IMG/VR virus record: IMGVR_UViG_3300042807_000378
Coordinates: 1 to 44,131 of that record
Length of the DNA stretch: 44,131 nucleotides
Reading direction: 5' to 3' (one strand)
Source of the DNA: a virus
Taxonomy: Duplodnaviria > Caudoviricetes
In this document: positions 8,928-22,400 of the stretch, one piece after another
Numbering within the stretch: position 1 is the first letter of the stretch
Layout: each line of letters starts with the position of its first letter
Position numbers and translations under genes: made by a program
Notes under the pieces: model-generated
The model's database searches: none
Seen by the model: only the letters and a program-made list of their open reading frames with translations
Told to the model about the DNA's origin: nothing

Positions 8928-8932
8928 TTGTT

Positions 8933-9307
8933 ATGGCAACATTCAAAGGATTCACTACATTAGACAGGGTTAAAGCCCCGTTTACCATCACAGATCAAGA
9001 GCTAATCAAGCGAGATCTGCTCAATGAATTCTATACCAAAAAAGGTGAGCGTGTAATGCGTCCCAATTTTGGCAGCATAATTTGGGACTTGCTGATGGAT
9101 CCAAACGATGGCGATCTTGTTAATGCTGTAACAGAAGATATACAGAGAATCGTTGCAAAAGAAACACGAGTAGAGCTTGTAGACTTAACTGTTTATGTAG
9201 CGGATCATGCTATTTCAGCTGATGTATTATTAAAATACTTACCGTTTAATAATTCTGAGAGTTTGTACTTGATTTTTGAAAAACAGATCAATGAAGGTAT
9301 CGAGTAA
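8933..9307 (+). CDS. Baseplate wedge subunit / sheath initiator, T4 gp25-like, 124 aa
   Basis: DQELIKRDLLNEFYTKKGERVMRPNFGSIIWDLLMDP...ETRV is the GPW/gp25 signature. Start reassigned from TTG 8918, which lies inside the promoter, to ATG 8933. Confidence 0.9.
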   Translation: MATFKGFTTLDRVKAPFTITDQELIKRDLLNEFYTKKGERVMRPNFGSIIWDLLMDPNDGDLVNAVTEDIQRIVAKETRVELVDLTVYVADHAISADVLLKYLPFNNSESLYLIFEKQINEGIE

Positions 9308-12300
9308 TGGCAATAGTTAATAGACAAAACAATTTGTTTGCTGCCGAGGATTGGACAGTAGCGTATAAAGCATATAGTCAGGTAAACTTTCAGGCTTACG
9401 ACTTTGACAGCATCAGAACTGCCCTTGTTGAGTATGTAAGAACAAATTATCCAGAAAATTTCAATGACTATATTGAAAGCAGTGAATTTATTGCTATCAT
9501 TGAAATGCTTGCTTACCTTTCACAGTCACTTGCTTTCCGCATGGACTTAAACAGTCGCGAAAACTTTTTAGAAACTGCTGAACGTCGCGATAGCGTATTC
9601 AAACTAGCACGTATGTTGGGTTATAATCCAAAGCGTAACGTGCCTGCTAGCGGCTTGATGAAACTTACTGGGGTTAGAACAACAGAAACACTAACAGATA
9701 GTCAAGGCAACGATTTAAACAATATTAATATCTTTTGGGATGATGCAAACAACCCGTTAAGTTACGAACAATTTATTACAGTGCTTAACGCTGCAATGAG
9801 TAGTTCAAATAGATTTACTGCTCCAGTGAAGTCAGGTGTACTAGGCGATATTCCTACAGACTTATATCAATTTAATACACCCATAACTGCACCCATAACA
9901 TATAATTTTAGTGTTACATCTGATGGCGTAACAAGACCGTTTAATATAGTAAATCCTGATTTTACAGATAATGGTTATTTCTTCGAAAGACACCCTGATC
10001 CAACTAACTTGTTTAACATCATTTACAGAAATGACGGCTTAGGTTTATCCAGTAAAAATACTGGCTTCTTTGTTATGTTTAAGCAGGGTACACTAAATTT
10101 CAAGGATTATGATTATACTGTACCTCTACAAAATAGAGAAGAACTTGTTAGTGAATTAAACATCAACGAAATCGATGTTTATCTTCAAGAAATTAATACT
10201 GCCGGGCTTCCGCTTGGCAAATGGGAAAAAGTACCTAATACTGTTGGCCAAACTTTGAACTATAATAGTCTTTCAAAAGGCACGAAAAATTTATATGCTG
10301 TTGAAAATGTTGACAATGGTGGTATTAAATTAAAATTCAGTGATGGTAACTTTGGAAATACGCCTAATGGTGTTTACCGTCTATGGTATAGAACTAGTGA
10401 TCCTGTGCGATTTATTATTCAGCCAGAAAACGCAAGAAACATTTCTATTGTTGTTCCGTATGTAGATAAGCAAAACAGGAATCAAGCAATAACGCTTACA
10501 TTCAAACTTGAATATCGCGTTAACAACAGTTTACCTCCTGAAAGTTTAGGTGCTATTAAACGCAGAGCACCACAAGTATTCTATACACAAAATAGAATGG
10601 TAAGCGCACAGGATTATAATGTATTTCCTTTAAGCCAAAGTAACAATATTTTAAAACTTAAAGCAATTAACAAGACTCATGCCGGGCATAGTCGTTATAT
10701 TGACATTAACGATCCTACTGGCACATATCAGAGTTTAGATACTTTTGCTAAAGATGCAATTCTGTTTGTTGAAGATAGCAATGATAGTCAAAATATTGTT
10801 ATTAATGACAACACAACTTCACGAGAAGTTGTTCTTAGCATTTTACCAGAAACACTTAAAAAACAGCGCATAAACAATTTTGTTTATTACGGTTTAAGAA
10901 ATAACTGGACAGCTTTCCAAGAAAACAAATTTATTATAAGCAATTTAAACATTCGTTGGGAGCCGTTACCTGCGGATGCACAAGGCGATACCGGCTACAT
11001 GACTGAAACATTTAGTTCAGGCACACAAGTAGTAATGTTAAACATTAATGATAGAACAAGAATGTTTAAAGAAAACTGCTTGGTCAAGTTTGTAAACTCA
11101 AATGATTTGTCAGATTATAAATGGGTAAGAATCATTAACATTGAAAATAATGGTGCATTATCAAGTGGGTTGGTTACTAGTGTCGGTCCATGGACATTAA
11201 GCGATACCGTAGGCCGCGGGTGGTTAGCAACAGAAGTTATTGTCTCAATGAGAAAGCTATTCACAGTTGGTGAAGCAGATGCTATTCAAACTGAAATTAA
11301 TAATCGCAGAACATTTGGTTTAGGTTACGATCTATACGCAGATTCGTGGTATATTATTGCAAATAAGGATCTAGATAAAACAGGTTCGTTTGATGTTGCA
11401 TATGAAAAAGATACTACTGGACAAGGTTTAGATTCTAGCTGGTTATTGTTAATGGAATATTTTCCAATCAATGCATTTAGCTATAGATATAATTTAACTG
11501 CCCGCGGACAAGATTATGTTGTCCAGAGCAAGAACGATCTTAAATTCTATAACATTAAAAATGTTAAGGTATTAGATAACAATAATAAGAGTTCCGCAGA
11601 TAAAATTACGTTTACTACTATTAATGCAAAACCATTTAATAGTGATACGTTCGAATGGCATAAAGTTAATAACAATGACTACCGTTGGAGGAACACTTCA
11701 ACTGGTGCTACTTATATTCCTAGATCATACAATCCTGGCATAGTTCTCAAAACTAGAGAAACAAAATGGTTTGATGTAAATGTATATTGGAAAAGTAATT
11801 TTGGTTTAATGATACCAAAAGGCGGTATTTTAAACACGGTTGACACTGCAACAGGTAATCAGTATGTTAGTGAATCAACAGTATTATTGGCAACAGCATT
11901 TGAAACTGGGGAGTTAGAATCTCAAACCAGGTATGTTACTGTAGCAAATAACTCAGGACAGATTAATAAGATTCCTAGTCAAATTGTTATACCTTTTAAT
12001 AGTACAACATTTGGCGGCAACATCATTGATTCGTCAACAGGAAATATCACATACAGATTACCATCAAATGACGGAACATCTCTAATAGTATTCAGCGGTA
12101 ACGCTAATTGTTATAGCTACGGAACAACAGGCACAGCAAATGTTGATACCAGCGTTACTGGTAGATTATATCTTGCTAATGCTAATGTTACTTCTCAAAC
12201 AGGCAACTTAGTTTACAGCGGGTTACAGTTAAACAGATATCATTATTCAACAGATAGAACTAGTGCGGTAAGCAATGATAAGATAATAGTTGATTATGTA

Positions 12301-13470
12301 CAAAATAAAGAACGATTAGATCAAGAAATTGTTTGGGAAATTGCAGATGTGTACAAATACAACGACGGTTATGTTGATCCAAGAAAAGTAATTGTTGCGC
12401 CAGTTGACAGCGACGGCGACCTAGTCCCTGACCGCCCCCTACAGTTTAAAGAATATGTATATGACACAAACATTCAAATTTTTGAATATTATACTGACTT
12501 TGATGGTTATACCTATGACAGACCTACACAAGGTGTAATTGCAGACTTTAGAAAAGAAAGTACAATTATTTTTGATATTTCTGCAAATGCTGTGATCAGT
12601 GAAAGTTATGCTAAAGGGTATGATCTTGCTGCACTAAATTGGTTATTTGCCAAGGATTTTGCAACAGCATCTGTTGTCGAAAACGATCAAGGTAAAGCAG
12701 CAGGTCTAAAAGTGTATGCCGTTGCGGAAAATAAAGTTTACTTAAATACACCTGATAGTACAAATATTAACAGTGTAAGATTAGTTGAGACTAATGACTT
12801 TTTTGTAAGAGTCGGTAGAGGTCCTACTCAAGATACTTCACAACCTTCTCAGCAAGACTCAGTTATCCGTTGGCAACACGTTGCACCTAAGGATGTGCGA
12901 ATTGATCCAAGTATTAGTAACATAGTTGAAATGACAGTGTTAACTAATTCATACTACGATCAAATTAGAACGTACCTCAAAAAACCTAGCGCAGCAACGT
13001 TCCCTGTAGAGCCAACTAGCTCTGAACTTGCTATCGAATTTGAAGGCTTAAAAGAATATAAGAGTGCAAGTGATACACTAGTTTTCAAGAGCGCAAAATT
13101 TAAATTATTGTTCGGCTCAGAGGCAGAATCTCAGTATCAAGCTAAGTTTAGAGTAGTAAAACTAAACAATACAATTAGTGACAACGAATTAAAGTCCCAG
13201 ATAATTACAGCGATAAATAATTACTTTGAAGTAGAGAATTGGGAGTTTGGCGAAACATTTTACTTTACAGAATTAAGTTCTTACATTCACCAACGTCTAG
13301 GTAGTGCAATTGGTAGTATCGTTATATTACCTAAAAACACTTTAGGATCATTCGGTGACATGTTCTCAGTAAAAGCAGAACCAAGCGAGCTTTTTGCAAG
13401 CACAGCAACAGTAACAGATATCGAAATAGTAGAAAAAATAAGTTCACAAACATTAAGAGCTGATCGTTAA
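9307..13470 (+). CDS. Baseplate wedge protein, T4 gp6-like (large), 1387 aa
   Basis: YDFDSIRTALVEY..NYPENFNDYIESSEF; FLETAERRDSVFKLARMLGYNPKR; FSDGNFG; ES...IKRRAP..FYTQNRMVSAQDY are gp6/baseplate J-like motifs. Follows gp25 with a TAATG overlap. Confidence 0.85.
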   Translation: MAIVNRQNNLFAAEDWTVAYKAYSQVNFQAYDFDSIRTALVEYVRTNYPENFNDYIESSEFIAIIEMLAYLSQSLAFRMDLNSRENFLETAERRDSVFKLARMLGYNPKRNVPASGLMKLTGVRTTETLTDSQGNDLNNINIFWDDANNPLSYEQFITVLNAAMSSSNRFTAPVKSGVLGDIPTDLYQFNTPITAPITYNFSVTSDGVTRPFNIVNPDFTDNGYFFERHPDPTNLFNIIYRNDGLGLSSKNTGFFVMFKQGTLNFKDYDYTVPLQNREELVSELNINEIDVYLQEINTAGLPLGKWEKVPNTVGQTLNYNSLSKGTKNLYAVENVDNGGIKLKFSDGNFGNTPNGVYRLWYRTSDPVRFIIQPENARNISIVVPYVDKQNRNQAITLTFKLEYRVNNSLPPESLGAIKRRAPQVFYTQNRMVSAQDYNVFPLSQSNNILKLKAINKTHAGHSRYIDINDPTGTYQSLDTFAKDAILFVEDSNDSQNIVINDNTTSREVVLSILPETLKKQRINNFVYYGLRNNWTAFQENKFIISNLNIRWEPLPADAQGDTGYMTETFSSGTQVVMLNINDRTRMFKENCLVKFVNSNDLSDYKWVRIINIENNGALSSGLVTSVGPWTLSDTVGRGWLATEVIVSMRKLFTVGEADAIQTEINNRRTFGLGYDLYADSWYIIANKDLDKTGSFDVAYEKDTTGQGLDSSWLLLMEYFPINAFSYRYNLTARGQDYVVQSKNDLKFYNIKNVKVLDNNNKSSADKITFTTINAKPFNSDTFEWHKVNNNDYRWRNTSTGATYIPRSYNPGIVLKTRETKWFDVNVYWKSNFGLMIPKGGILNTVDTATGNQYVSESTVLLATAFETGELESQTRYVTVANNSGQINKIPSQIVIPFNSTTFGGNIIDSSTGNITYRLPSNDGTSLIVFSGNANCYSYGTTGTANVDTSVTGRLYLANANVTSQTGNLVYSGLQLNRYHYSTDRTSAVSNDKIIVDYVQNKERLDQEIVWEIADVYKYNDGYVDPRKVIVAPVDSDGDLVPDRPLQFKEYVYDTNIQIFEYYTDFDGYTYDRPTQGVIADFRKESTIIFDISANAVISESYAKGYDLAALNWLFAKDFATASVVENDQGKAAGLKVYAVAENKVYLNTPDSTNINSVRLVETNDFFVRVGRGPTQDTSQPSQQDSVIRWQHVAPKDVRIDPSISNIVEMTVLTNSYYDQIRTYLKKPSAATFPVEPTSSELAIEFEGLKEYKSASDTLVFKSAKFKLLFGSEAESQYQAKFRVVKLNNTISDNELKSQIITAINNYFEVENWEFGETFYFTELSSYIHQRLGSAIGSIVILPKNTLGSFGDMFSVKAEPSELFASTATVTDIEIVEKISSQTLRADR

Positions 13471-13485
13471 AAGGTGTATATTTAG

Positions 13486-16400
13486 ATGAGCAACAAAATC
13501 TATAAAAAACTTCCGGTAGTACTACAAACCACAGCAATCAAAAACTTTTTTGAAAGTACTGTAGAGCAACTATTCAGTAAAGCAAAGGTAGAAGTCGTAT
13601 CGGGATATATAGGTTCTAAAACTGGTGCAGATAATGGTATAACAGGTTATATCACTGAACCTAACAGTGATAAAGCACATTATGCATTGTCACCTGTAGT
13701 AAACACAATTAATTATACTACTAAAGAAAGTGAAGACTTTATTTTCTTTGACGAGTTAATTGATATTTTAGCTACTTACGGTGTAGATACTTCAAACCAA
13801 AACAAAATTTTTGGCACAAACTTCAGCAGTTTTGTGCCACCCATCGATGTCGATAAGTTCATCAACTATCAAGAATATTACTGGTACCCAGACGGTCCAA
13901 CTGTTATTCCAGTTGCAGGAACTTTAGCAAATCCTGTAGACATTGAACGTGATATCTTAGGTAAGCAATATTACATACCCGCAGGCAGCAAACCATTTAG
14001 AAATGGTATGGTTGTGCGTTTTACAGGTCAATATGTAATTCCTAGCAGTGAATTAGAAATTGATTACATTGTACAAGGTGTAGGTCAAGGAATTTATCTA
14101 GTACCACGTCGTAACCAATTCCAAACTGTATTCTCTACTCCAGTGGACGCACCGTTTGACGGTTCATATTTCCCCCTTAACCATCCGGACATTGCACACC
14201 AAGCAGGTAACATTGCTAGCGTTACAGTTGTAAGTCAGGGCATTGGCTATGTGGCTCCAACTGTGAGCATTACAGGATCTAACACTAATGTTGCAGTAGC
14301 AACAGCAAACGTTACTGCAAATGGTGCAATTACAGGTATTGCAATCAGCGACTCAGGTCAAGGGTACACTGGATTTGTAGGGGTTGAACTAACAGATATT
14401 AACATTGCATACGACATTGACCCAGCTAATATTTTTACAAGTAGTAATGTTGTTGTTACATCAGATATTTTCTTAACAGCAGATCCTGCAAATGTAAGAG
14501 TAGGGCAAAGTGTTACTGGTATCGCTAGTGGCATTGTGTCTAAGAAATTTAATAGTGCAGAAGTAAAAGGTTATTTTGGTACATACTTAACAGTACCTAC
14601 TGCAAATGTAAACACCGCAACAGAAACATTTACCTATCCTAATCACGGGTTAGCTGACGACGATGAGGTAATTTATGATGCAGGTGGCAGCACACCAATT
14701 GGTTCAATCCTTAACGGCGGAAGATACAAAGTTTTAGTAGTAGACACCAATAACTTCCAGCTAAAAGAACCTAGCGATCCCAGCACAATTGTATTCATTG
14801 CAGACAGCGGTAATAACAGTCAGGGCTTCATTAAGAAATCGAACACATTTACTGTAACATCAGTAAATGACGGATCCTTAGAATCGGGTATGATGTTGCA
14901 TCATAACGATCTTGTATATAAAACTAAGATTGTTTCACAACTTAGCGGTTCAACTGGCAGCACAGGTACTTATAGAGTTGATGTTGAAAATAGCACTGTT
15001 CATACTTTCCCTGAAACATTTACTGTTAAACCAACCGTTGTACTTTCACAAGGTGTGGAATTAGAAATCGAATCTGTAACTGCTGATTCAGAACTAACTT
15101 TTGCTGGCCGCGACTTCGTTGCAGATATTAACTATGAGTGGGAAGGAACTCCTGCAATAGGAAATATTACCATCTCTGGTACTACATTATCTGTAATTGA
15201 TTTAAATGGTGGCGGCACAGTTAAGGTAGGTATGGTTCTTTCAGCTACCGGTTTACTACCGCACACAATTGTTGTCTCAGGATCAGGTAGTACATGGACC
15301 GTTAACAAAGCACAATCGATTACAACTGCAACAGCGTTTACAGGATATCCTGCAGGTTCGCGTTTAGGTATTAATCCAGCTAACGGTGAATATTATCTAA
15401 TGGGCGGTCAATGGTCATATGACAAAAATGACCTCGATGATGATGAGTTTGACGGTGACGCACTATGGGATGCAGGTTTGAATGCAAGCCCGCCTGAATA
15501 TTTAACTGTACAACGCGGTTCTGAAAACAAAAATATTTGGAGTACAATTAACTTCTGGTATCATAAAGAGAACTTCAAAGATGCAGGAATGGAACTACCA
15601 TCTAGTAGCTTCCGCGCTAATAGACCAATTATTGAGTTTGACCGCAGATTAGAATTATATAATCACGGTAAGCGCGGAGTCGGTAGTGTAATGGTTGCAT
15701 GTACACAATATACTATTGATGAAATTCGCGGAAAACCAACAGGGTTACTAATCGATAGCACACCTATTGAAAAACAAAGTATTATTTTCCCTAACGAACA
15801 ACCAGACATTGCAAAATATGTATATGTTGCTTATACCGATTTAAGTACAGAAACTATTACGGTCGCACGAGCACCTCATCCAGAACTGAATCCAATTGGT
15901 GCAGTAGATGGTGATATTAATTTCGTACCTTGGGAATTAACGGTTGATGATGTACTATTAGTTCGTTCAGGTGCTGAGAATATTGGTACTGAATATAGAT
16001 ATACAACTGCTGGCATGAAATTATGTCAGAGAAAAGTTAATGTAAATCAGCCACCGCTATTTAATCTATATGATGTTGATGGTAATTATTTAGGCGACGA
16101 AGGCATTTACCCAAATAATAATTTTGAAGGTAACAAAATCTTTTCCTATGCTGTGGGCACCGGTGCCGACGATAAAGTACTAGGTTTCCCTCTATCATGG
16201 ACAGCATTTAAAGCCAGTAGCGAGATTAACTTCACAGTCAACATGGCTGAAGAAAACTATCAGCATACATATGAACCATTTGGTGGCACACTATCAATAA
16301 CAATGGGGTATAAATTCTATAAACTAGAACTTGACGGCGAAGTTGAATTACTGTCAATGATGGTACCCTCGGACACTAATACACGTCAACGCTTAGTTTC

Positions 16401-19400
16401 AAAATTTACTATTGATAGATTTGACTTAGATAACACTCGCAGAGAATTCTGGATTGGTTGTGTACCAGATCTAAGATCAGATAGCAGCTATGACATTGAT
16501 GTGTTTGTAAATGGTATTAAACGCACTGATTGGCAGTACGGAGTATTTAATGCAGGATATATTGTATTTGATACGTTTGATTTTGAAAAAGGCGACTTCA
16601 TTGAGGTAAGTGCGTTTGCTAGCGATGGTCAGTTAGTAGTAAGTGATAAAGCTATTACTAAATTTGAACTTCCACTAAGCTGGAAAACTAATGTTACTAA
16701 GGAAGAAATAACTTCTACATCGTCACCTGAATTCACACAACATTTTAAAAACTACATGGAACGTCAAGTAGGTTTTGAAGGTGACGCATTACAAATTAAT
16801 AATTTCTCAAGTACACCTAAAGATGTAGCATACGCCACAGATATTGTTGTTACTGATCAAGACTTAATTTTAGGCGCATTACTACTAGATGACCAGCCAC
16901 ACAACCTAGTAGATGCTATTAGATTTAACGCTGAAGAATATATTAAGTATAAAGCACGATTAAAGAAAGAGATCAGTGGGTACTATACACTATTTGATAC
17001 CAATGGTCTTTCGAACGAATTTATATTAGAAAAAGTATTGCGAAATATTATTTCGTTTAACGTTGGTCGAGAAGTATTTAACAGAACATATGTAATTCCA
17101 TACGGCGACAATTATGTTGAAGAGCGTTTTGAAATCAATGATGTAAACACATCAGAATTTGTATCATCTAATTACACTGATCTAAACAAGATTGAAAACA
17201 GTTTATTAGTGTATCACGTCAATGCCGATACTTTTGAAACAACATTATTAAATGTTGATAAAGATTACACAATTACAAGTTTTAATCCTATTATTATTGA
17301 ACTAACTGGTACAATTAGTGTCGACTTAGATGATGAAATTGTATTAAAACTTTACAATGAAGAGCGCGACAGCGCACAATGCCCGCCAACACCTAGCATA
17401 CTAGGTATCTATCCTCTATTTGAGCCACGTATTGAAACTGACAACAGTTTCCAAACACCTATTCAAGTACTAGTAGGACACGATGGTAGTAAGACTACAC
17501 TGTTTGGTGATCGTCGAGATGAAATTTTACTTGAGTTCGAAAAGCGTGTGTTTAACAGTGCTAAGGCAGAATTTAGATCTGCTAATGCATTACCGGAACT
17601 AAACATCTATACCTTAAAGCCCGGCGCATTTAGGGATACTGGTTACGAGACTACAGAATGGTCAAGTTTAATGAGATACTACTTCTCAAACTGGGCTGTT
17701 GCAAACAAGATTGATTTTGTAACCAACGAATTCTACACTGATTCTAATGAATGGACTTGGAACTATCGCGGTAATACTAGCTTACCAGGACACTGGAGAG
17801 GTTGGTATGAGCATTATTATGATACAGTAAGACCGCACACGCATCCTTGGGAAATGTTAGCGTTCTTTGAAAAACCATCATGGTGGGATAACCAGTACAG
17901 CACAGATTATAGCAGTAACAACACTGCTATGTGGGACGACTTAGAAGAAGGTATCATTCGTCAAGGTCGCAGAGAGAACGTAACTGCTGACGCTTACTTG
18001 ATTAATAACTCATACCGCAGAGAAGGTCTACACCTTGTACTGCCAGTAGATACTAATGGCGATCTAAGAACTCCAAAAGATATTATCACTACAGGCACAA
18101 CTACAAGAACTTCTGTTTGGTCAAACAGCAAAGCTAGTGGGTTAGATTACAGACTAAACAGTTTTGTAACTGTAGACGGATTAAATGTAAGCAGCGATAG
18201 CAGCAACATTTATATCTCAGGTCGTAACAAAACGAATCACATAGTTGATGTTGAAACTAATGCTGTAGGATTTGGTCCTATCGAAGAACAAGATATCTCA
18301 TATAATCTTCCTAAAGTAAATCTAAATCTAGTATCTAGCTCACCAACAGAAATGCCAGACTATGCTGTAGCAGTTTTAGTTAACGGTGTTTCTCTATATA
18401 ATCCTAAGTCAACTAAGTCATGGAACGACATCGGCATATGGCATTATAATAATGGCTTAATCGAAAGCTACAATGAGTTATCAACATTTAGTCACAGTAC
18501 TGTAGGTGGTCTTTTCCACTATCACGCAATTACTCCTGACGTAATTGGTTTAACAACTGGCACAATTGAAGTTGATGGTGCGCTAAAATGGGATCCAACT
18601 GTACACTCTCCGATCGTTGGCTGGGCATTTGACGGCTTACCAATTTATGGTCCATATGGCTATAATGAGTACAAGTCGGATAATACACCTGTTAATGCAA
18701 GCGACATTGTTAATATCAAGAGTCCATGGGTATTACGTCAAGGTACACGATCTGTTGCACCGGGCGGCGCATACACAGGTATGTTTGTTGAAGACTACGA
18801 AATTGACGCCACTAAGGTAGGGCAGTCAGGTTATACAAACCAGTTTAACCTACGTTACGGTACTACACCTGACAGTCCAAGTACACCAATTTGGTTCTAT
18901 GTTGTAACTGTTGATAATACTGGTAAGCCTATGTTCCCTTATGCTATCGGCGGCGGCTATGCTACACATAGTTCATCAACAAAAACTTGGGCCGGAAAAT
19001 ATTATGCGGCAGCACAAGACCTAAGTACTAATACACTAAGTACTGGTCCAGTAGTAGCTGCTACGCCGGCACTAACAAGTACATTGCAGATTACATTTGC
19101 TACAACTGAAGCAAGAAATGATAGTTGGAAGTTTGGCGACGGCGCACCTGCTGAAAATGCATGGAAATATTCTGAAGCATATCCGTTTGCTGTAGCTGAA
19201 GCATTATTATTAGCAAAGCCTGGTAAATTTGCTACAGAATTTGCTGACCCTACAAAACTTTACAGACCAACAGCAAACAAAAAATACAAATTATCAGTTA
19301 ACACAAATTATCCTTGGGTCTTTACATCTTCTGCAGATTTTGAAATCCACGGCGATAAAGATGTTAACGGTAACTTTATTACTAACATTGGTTACACCCA

Positions 19401-22400
19401 ACTTATTAATACATGGTTGAGATTCCAAGGCCTATCACCTGAAAGTGACTTTATTACTAAAGTACGTAGCCTAAATACTAAACTCGGTCATAGAATGAGT
19501 GGCTTTATTGACAAAGACACTATGACACTACGTACAGACCAATACAGCAATGAAGGCAGTGCTACTAGTTTAGTTATTCCTCAGGAAAATATTACTGTAA
19601 ACGTTCACAGTTCGCCATATAAGTCAAGAAACTTCTATAGCGGTGTAATTATTGAAAAAACTATTGACGGCTATAAAGTAAGAGGCTATGACAAAAACTT
19701 AGGTTACTTTAATACCTTACAAAGCGATAAGAATAAAGGTAGAGAACGTATTAGTGTTGGTGGTGCACCTGCACAGTTTGTAGACTATTCTCAAAATACA
19801 ACTTATAAGCAGACAACTATTGTACGATACAAAGGTGCATATTATTCTGCTAAGGAAACATTTAAGACAGGCACAACCTTTGAAGCTGTTAAGTGGAGAA
19901 GATTAGGGGTATTACCACAAATCGGTGCTGCGACTGGTACGTTGTATCAACAGACAACAGGCAACATTATCAAAGTTGACTATGAATCAGTATATGACAA
20001 CACTGAAGACTTGTACGACTTCCTAATTAGTTTAGGTAGATTTCACGAAAGTCAAGGTTATACTTTTGGTAACTTTGATGAAACAATTGGTGAAGTACGT
20101 GATTGGACATATGCTGCAAAGCAGTTCTTATTCTGGACCACAGGTGTTTGGGAAATTGGCAACACATTAGAACTTAGTCCAATGGCTAACAAGGTTACAT
20201 TTGTTGCACCACGTGGTTTTATTGCTAAAATTAATAGAACTGATCGCTCACAGTTTAATATCGTAAATCAAAACGGTATTGCAATTAACCCAACAGACTG
20301 CGAAATTGTACGTCAAGATAACAATATTGAAATTGTACCACCAGCAGGTGAACAAATTTATGGTGTTGTACTGTTCACTAAAGAAATTGAACATGCATTT
20401 GTTATTGACAATTCGACTCAATTTGGTGATGTTATCTTTAATCCTACTTTAAACCAAGGCCATAGTAGATTAAAAATTAAAACAACTCGCACAGCAGGTT
20501 GGGATGGCAGATTCTTAAGTCAGGGTTTTGTTATCGAAGGTGATAGTCTAAAACCAAACTTAGATAACATGGCAGAAAGCCTAGGCCGTTATCATGAACT
20601 AGGTTTTATTCCAGTTGAAAAACAACTTTATGAAGCAAGCCGCGCAGTGTTTGGTTTTGAAAAGAAGCAATACTTAACTGAACTAGACATTCTAGACGAT
20701 CAGCAATATGATTTTTATTCCGGCATGTTACACAGTAAAGGTACAACTTCTAGCTTAGAGCGTATTGGCACAGTTGTTCCTGCACTTTCTCGTTCACCGT
20801 CAAGTGAAATTAATGTATATGACGAATGGGCATTACGTGTAGCTGATTTTGGTGATACTAACCAAGATCAGCCAATCGAACTTAAGTTCGATAGAATTGA
20901 TCAAGTACAAGATCCACAACTGTTCACTCTTGCTTTCCCAGAAGATACTACTAATATTGTGGAAAAAATCGACGTATTAGAGCGCAAACACAAATACTTC
21001 AATGTTCCGCAGATTGTTATTTCTGCTCCTGTTCGTAGTAACGGTGTCAGAGCTACAGCAGAAGCTACACTTAACAGTTTAGGTGAGATAGACAGCATTA
21101 CAGTAACAAATACTGGTTCAGGTTACGGTGAAATTGTAGGTGTTACAGTTATTGCGGGCGAAATTGTTGTTGATTCTGATGAGTTAACATTTGAAACTGT
21201 TCGTGCATTAAGCACAAGTTATATAAGTACAACTAGTGCAAGTTTAACAGGCAACCTGTCCATTACTGATTTCTCAGGTACATCTAACGTAACAACTTCA
21301 ATTAACCTATCGACTGGTATTACAGACATTGGTACTTTAATAAGTACTGTTAATTCTGCTAATGCAGGCGTTACAGCTTATGCTATTAGAAGTGATGTTA
21401 ATGTAGGTGGTAGTGTTGTATCTAAATACACCTTAGAATTGCGCGGCAACGCATTTACAATTGATAGTGCCGATGCCAACCTGTACTTAGATGCAACAGT
21501 TGACGTGTATCAGGACAATGTACACTACACTAATACAGTAGGCTCAGGATATCGTTACGAACCACGTCAACGATTTGGTTTTGAAGTAGCAAATAATACT
21601 GTAAAAGCAGATGTTACAGTAAGTGTTAATGGTGTAACACTAGGCGACTCGTTATGGGACTACGATGCAGGAGATAGATGGAAAATTTCTACAGCATCTG
21701 TAGTAGACGAAAACAATTCATTGACTATAACATTAAATGACGGACTAGTCAATAGTGAAACAACTCTTGCAAACGAAAATTATACAACAATTAGTAATAA
21801 CAACTATCCTTTTGTAGATGTGTATGTTAATGGAGTACTAATTGAAAATGCTCCAGATGAAACAGTATATACACTTACTGCTTCAACTGTTGAGTTCGCT
21901 AATATTTCGTTGCTACCAAAATCAGTACTAACATCATTACCAGACCCAAGTACAAAAACATCGCGTTTTGTATTAGCTGGCCAGTCAAATGTGTTTGTAG
22001 TAGAAAAAGGCACTATTGATCTTACAAACAACTATAAAGGCGATATAACTGGTAGTACAATCAGCATTAAAGTTGAAACACATGATCATATTGCTATTAA
22101 GTTAGGCACAAGACGTAATTATGAAATTACACCCGATGCTACAGATGATGATATTATCTTAATCGATATTGATGATGCTTCAAGATTCCTAAGAAAGCCA
22201 ATTGGAAGTCGTGAAAACAATCTATGGCCTACACTAAGAAATGTGGACGCATACGGTTTAAATACAGAAAAATATGCTAGAGTTCCGAATGCAGGTTACG
22301 TAAATCCTGCTAACATCAACTTTATGGCATATGATATTGCTAGCTTGCCTGATTTGTTTGATGATACAGTTATTATCAAACCAGCTGGCGGCAGCTTGAT

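Noticed and set aside
125-13470. Bacterial T6SS or extracellular contractile injection system locus
   Set aside because: It shares gp5/gp25/gp6-like parts, but there is no TssJLM, ClpV or Afp15-type ATPase. T4-like late promoters, small early genes and gene density point to a phage.
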